Assembly: GCF_001194135.2 (NCBI RefSeq)
Contig: NC_068998.1
Span: 50,752,001-50,787,495 of the forward strand
DNA length: 35,495 nucleotides
Reading direction: 5' to 3'
Source: Octopus bimaculoides
Lineage: Eukaryota
The number at the start of each line of letters is the position of its first letter. Position 1 is the first letter of the stretch. Below the pieces are notes generated by a model. It was not told the origin of the DNA and made no database searches. It saw only the letters and a list, made by a program, of their open reading frames with translations. The position numbers and the translations under genes were made by a program. Positions 31,838 to 35,495 of the stretch are shown here, piece by piece.

Positions 31838-32157
31838 GCTACTGCTACTGTTACAGTACAACAGCAGCAACAATTAGCTTGCATCAAATCTTTAAACGTT
31901 CTTCAGTTGCATTTTCCGAAAACCGTTTTTAGAATTCACAACCAACTCATTACTTAATTATAAATCGAAAATGTGGATATTCATTAACAAAGATTACTCG
32001 AGATTATGGGGAGAGAGGTTTAGATGAGATACTTAACAAGGACAAAACATGGCCGACAATCAAATACGGCCATGTTGGATTTGTCGTCTCTTATAATGTC
32101 CGTCAGTAATGGCGACGTGTTCGTGTCATCTGACGATGCATCAGTCACTCGTTATAA

Positions 32158-32209
<52 letters not shown>

Positions 32210-32388
32210 NNNNNNNNNNNNNNNNNNNNNNNNNNNNNNNNNNNNNNNNNNNNNGTGGTGGTGGTGGTGGTGGTGATGGTGGTGGTGGTGAAGATGATGA
32301 CGACGACGAGGACGATGATGATGATGATAAAGGTGTTGACGATGATGATGATAAAGGTGTTGACGATGATGATGATAGTGATGATGAC

Positions 32389-32429
<41 letters not shown>

Positions 32430-32505
32430 CGATGGTAATGATGACGATGATGAAGCGATGACGATGATGATGATGGTGAGGATGATGTTGTTGTTGTCGT
32501 TCTAG
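32158..32505. repeat. (TTG)n, gap, then (GGT/GAT)n trinucleotide tract
   Basis: Direct reading. Confidence 0.92.
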
Positions 32506-32531
32506 GATGGTGGATTTAAAAACAAAGTTGG

Positions 32532-32700
32532 GGGCGATGACCTGTCAAGATAGCTAACACACCGGATAAAATACTTGGCAGTATTTCTTCCAGCTTTCCG
32601 TTCTGAGTTCAAATTCCGTAGAGGTCGACTTTGATGTTTTTATACTTCTGGTGTCGATGAAATAAGTACCAATCGACCACTGACGTTGATGTAACCTAAA
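32532..32700 (+). mobile_element. SINE family D
   Basis: CGTTCTGAGTTCAAATTCCGTAGAGGTCGACTTTG..GTCGATGAAATAAGTACCA. Confidence 0.85.
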
Positions 32701-32834
32701 TCTACTAGCACCAACACAGGTACCTGAAACATACTAAGATACGAATGGAGGCCGTTTATTTTTTTACTTTCACTTGTTGTGTATAGCTATAATGAAACGC
32801 CTTCCCGCCGTAACCATCACGTCTAGGTATATGA

Positions 32835-32928
32835 ACGGCGTTAGAACGGCGGAAAAAACAAACCTTGCGGTATTTATTCTGGTTCCTCCGTGCTTTAAGT
32901 TCATATCTCGTCGAGGTCAGCTTTGTGA
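32835..32928 (+). mobile_element. SINE family D, 5' part truncated at (ATA)n
   Basis: CGTTAGAACGGCGGAAAAAACAAACCTTGCGGTATTT..TAAGTTCATATCTCGTCGAGGTCAGCTTTG. Confidence 0.7.
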
Positions 32929-32931
32929 CAG

Positions 32932-32998
<67 letters not shown>

Positions 32999-33194
32999 TT
33001 ATTCTGTCTAGTTTAACACAACGATAATGGTGGTGGTGGTGGTGGTGGTGGTGGTGGTTTAATTGAGATACGTAAAAATATGCAAATTTATGCCATAAAT
33101 TATTCTCGACAGAATTCCTCTTTTGTTATCTCCAACTTTGGTTAGAATTACATTTGAGATTTTCATATGAAGCACAAAGCTTTTAGAATTTCTG

Positions 33195-33208
33195 GCGCCA
33201 TCTACAGC
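33195..33208 (-). promoter_or_regulatory. CTCF-like motif
   Basis: Minus strand GCTGTAGATGGCGC matches CCASYAGRKGGCRS at 12/14; lies in non-repetitive sequence. Confidence 0.25.
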
Positions 33209-33896
33209 TGAACCACACATTTGAACTGCAAGAAATATCGGTCAGTTCCCCTATCTTGAAGTGACAGGTAATACACAATGAGTAATGAGCTATTATTTGA
33301 CGCGCTGTGTTTGAATAAACGACTGTATGGTCAGCGACCTGAGATCTTTGGTCATAGCTCTTGTGCAATAAGTGCAACTCAACGACAGCAATGGCAACGA
33401 CAACAACCACAACAACGACGACAAACAACAATTATCTGCTAGTTTTAGAAACTACGCGGTCGTTCCAGAAGAAATTCTATCGAAGCCCGAACTAAATCGC
33501 CAAAAATGGATTCTGCCCTGGTATAAGATTGCCAGTGTATGCATTCTATTGACGAAGCGCAAGGAAACAGAAATCCACATCAAAACGGACGGATGGATGA
33601 ATGGATGGATGGATGGGTGGGTAGTTAAGCTAGAGTTAACATATTTAATATACGGATTATTAAAAAGCTAACTACACATTTAAATAAATATCCAACCAAG
33701 GCAAAAATTAGATTAGTCAATCGGAATATCTTTCCATTTCCAAATAGCAGTTTCGACAACAACAACTGCGGACGTATGAGGACAAATCAAACGATTTTTC
33801 TTTTCAAACTGGAATAAAAACTCGTTCAACGGAAGTCCCTACTTCATTGGATGTTCCCTATTAACTGTTAATACATTTGTTGAAATACATAAACCG

Positions 33897-34044
33897 TCAG
33901 CTTCCGGAAAACAACAACCTGCTGGTGCATATCTCCATAGCAACAATCCATCTTCAACTGCTGGCCATTGTGAATTTAGCTGAATGACGTAACGAGTAAA
34001 TTTTCGTTTCTCATTAGTCTTATATACACCTATCGCCATCTTGG
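33897..34044. promoter_or_regulatory. Candidate promoter-like motif cluster (ETS, X-box, CRE-like, YY1)
   Basis: TTCCGGAA at about 33902, ATCTCCATAGCAAC at 33931-33944, TGACGTAA at about 33985, CGCCATCTTGG at 34034-34044. Confidence 0.3.
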
Positions 34045-34271
34045 TTACTGGGTGGTGACGAGCAGTCCGACATCTGGAGTGGAGAGGAAGGTCGATGCAG
34101 ATGTGTGTACGTGTGTGTGTTTATATATGTGTGTCTGTATGTATATACATGTATATTATATTAAGTGTGTCTCTGTGTGTGCGTATTATATATATATATG
34201 TATATATATGTGAGTTTGTGTGTGTATATGTATATGTATGTATTTATGTATATTTTTCACAAATGTACGCA

Positions 34272-34306
<35 letters not shown>

Positions 34307-34689
34307 TCATATAGATAGTTAAATATATATAGTGAGAAAGGCAGGGTAATTCATTCATCCATCCATCCATACATACATACATACATACATATATACATAT
34401 ATGCATACCGACCAAATCCTCGAAGGAAGCCTATTTAAATTAATTACCTTCAGCATTTTTGCCTTGAGGTAGCATCTCTTATAGACGTAAAGTATTTTGC
34501 GTTTTTGTACTTTTTAACACTGCACATCTATAAAAGTTAGTATCTTAAGACGACTACCGCAATTAATTAGGCTTCCAATATGATTGTTTTAAGTATGATA
34601 CTCAGATGGCTCTTTTAAAGTAATCTGTTTGTGTTTCACACAATGAATATATATATATTTCCATTTGTCGTATACATACATACATACAT

Positions 34690-34720
<31 letters not shown>

Positions 34721-34730
34721 NNNNNNNNNN

Positions 34731-34764
<34 letters not shown>

Positions 34765-34767
<3 letters not shown>

Positions 34768-34845
34768 GGGAAGAATTCACAAAAAGACAAAAGACGAAGA
34801 CAGGTGGTGTATACAACAAACAGATGTATTAGTTTAACGCTCGGT
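34765..34845 (-). mobile_element. Penelope-like remnant (9.1-kb family), truncated before the hammerhead-like motif and flanked by (TA)n
   Basis: CAAAAGACGAAGAC..CAACAAACAGATGTATTAGTTTAACGCTCGG is nearly identical to 9086-9140. Confidence 0.8.
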
Positions 34846-35374
34846 ATATATATATATGTGTGTCTGTGTGCGTGTGTATATAGATATAGCGTGCACTCAG
34901 CACATTCCTATGTATGTATGCGTATACATACACACAGATACATACGTATACTCATACATACATACATGCATGCATACGGGCGTATATTTACCATAGACAG
35001 TTAATGTATTGAACACATTAAGTTGTCGGTACTCTCGGGGAAAATAGCTTTAAGAAACTAATTAAAGAGAATGAAAGTATAGCTTTTAATCATTAAATCC
35101 ATCTTTTCTGATTACGCATTTTTTTTTTTTTTTTTTTTTTTTGCGAACACAATTTCGTGAACACATTTTTTGTTCTGCAACTAGATAAATTATTGTCGAT
35201 GCACTCTTCGTGTTTTTTTTATCAACGCTAACACATTCTTGTAACATACGTAGCTACAGACATATTCATACATACTTGCATACATACATACATGCATACA
35301 TACATACATACATGCGGGTGTACATGCTTGTTTATACTTTATCTATCTTTCTATCTTTCTTATTTTTATTTTTT

Positions 35375-35425
35375 ATTTTTTACTTGTTTCAGTCATTAAA
35401 CTGCGGCCATGCTGGAGCACCGACT
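35375..35425 (-). mobile_element. SINE family A, 3' end
   Basis: TTTTACTTGTTTCAGTCATTAAACTGCGGCCATGCTGGAGCACCG. Confidence 0.85.
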
Positions 35426-35453
35426 GAAAGATAAAATTATTAAAGAATTCAAA

Positions 35454-35495
<42 letters not shown>

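Overview
This is AT-rich, microsatellite-saturated eukaryotic non-coding DNA with 11 N-gaps. The repeat families match those I recall from octopod cephalopods (Octopus), so the species assignment is inference. I found no intact protein-coding gene, RNA gene or CRISPR array, and the supplied ORFs are essentially all microsatellite, low-complexity or gap artefacts. The window is a mosaic of transposable elements. It holds about 25 copies of at least four tRNA-headed SINE families. It also holds five Penelope-like terminal-repeat remnants, four of which keep hammerhead-ribozyme-like cores (9154, 13825, 21808, 24905). DNA elements include two hAT MITEs that both sit at TTCTAGAC, a pogo/Tc2-like MITE, and an unclassified long-TIR (foldback-like) element whose two head-to-head copies form a ~334-bp inverted repeat. 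Decayed coding fossils include mariner transposase (15.8 kb, 29.0 kb) and R4/Dong-type non-LTR reverse transcriptase (30.1-30.45 kb, possibly 4.3-5.06 kb). Possible host signals are one well-formed candidate exon (15242-15352) and a few transcription-factor motif clusters (RFX X-boxes, YY1, CTCF-like). All alignments and identities were judged by eye.
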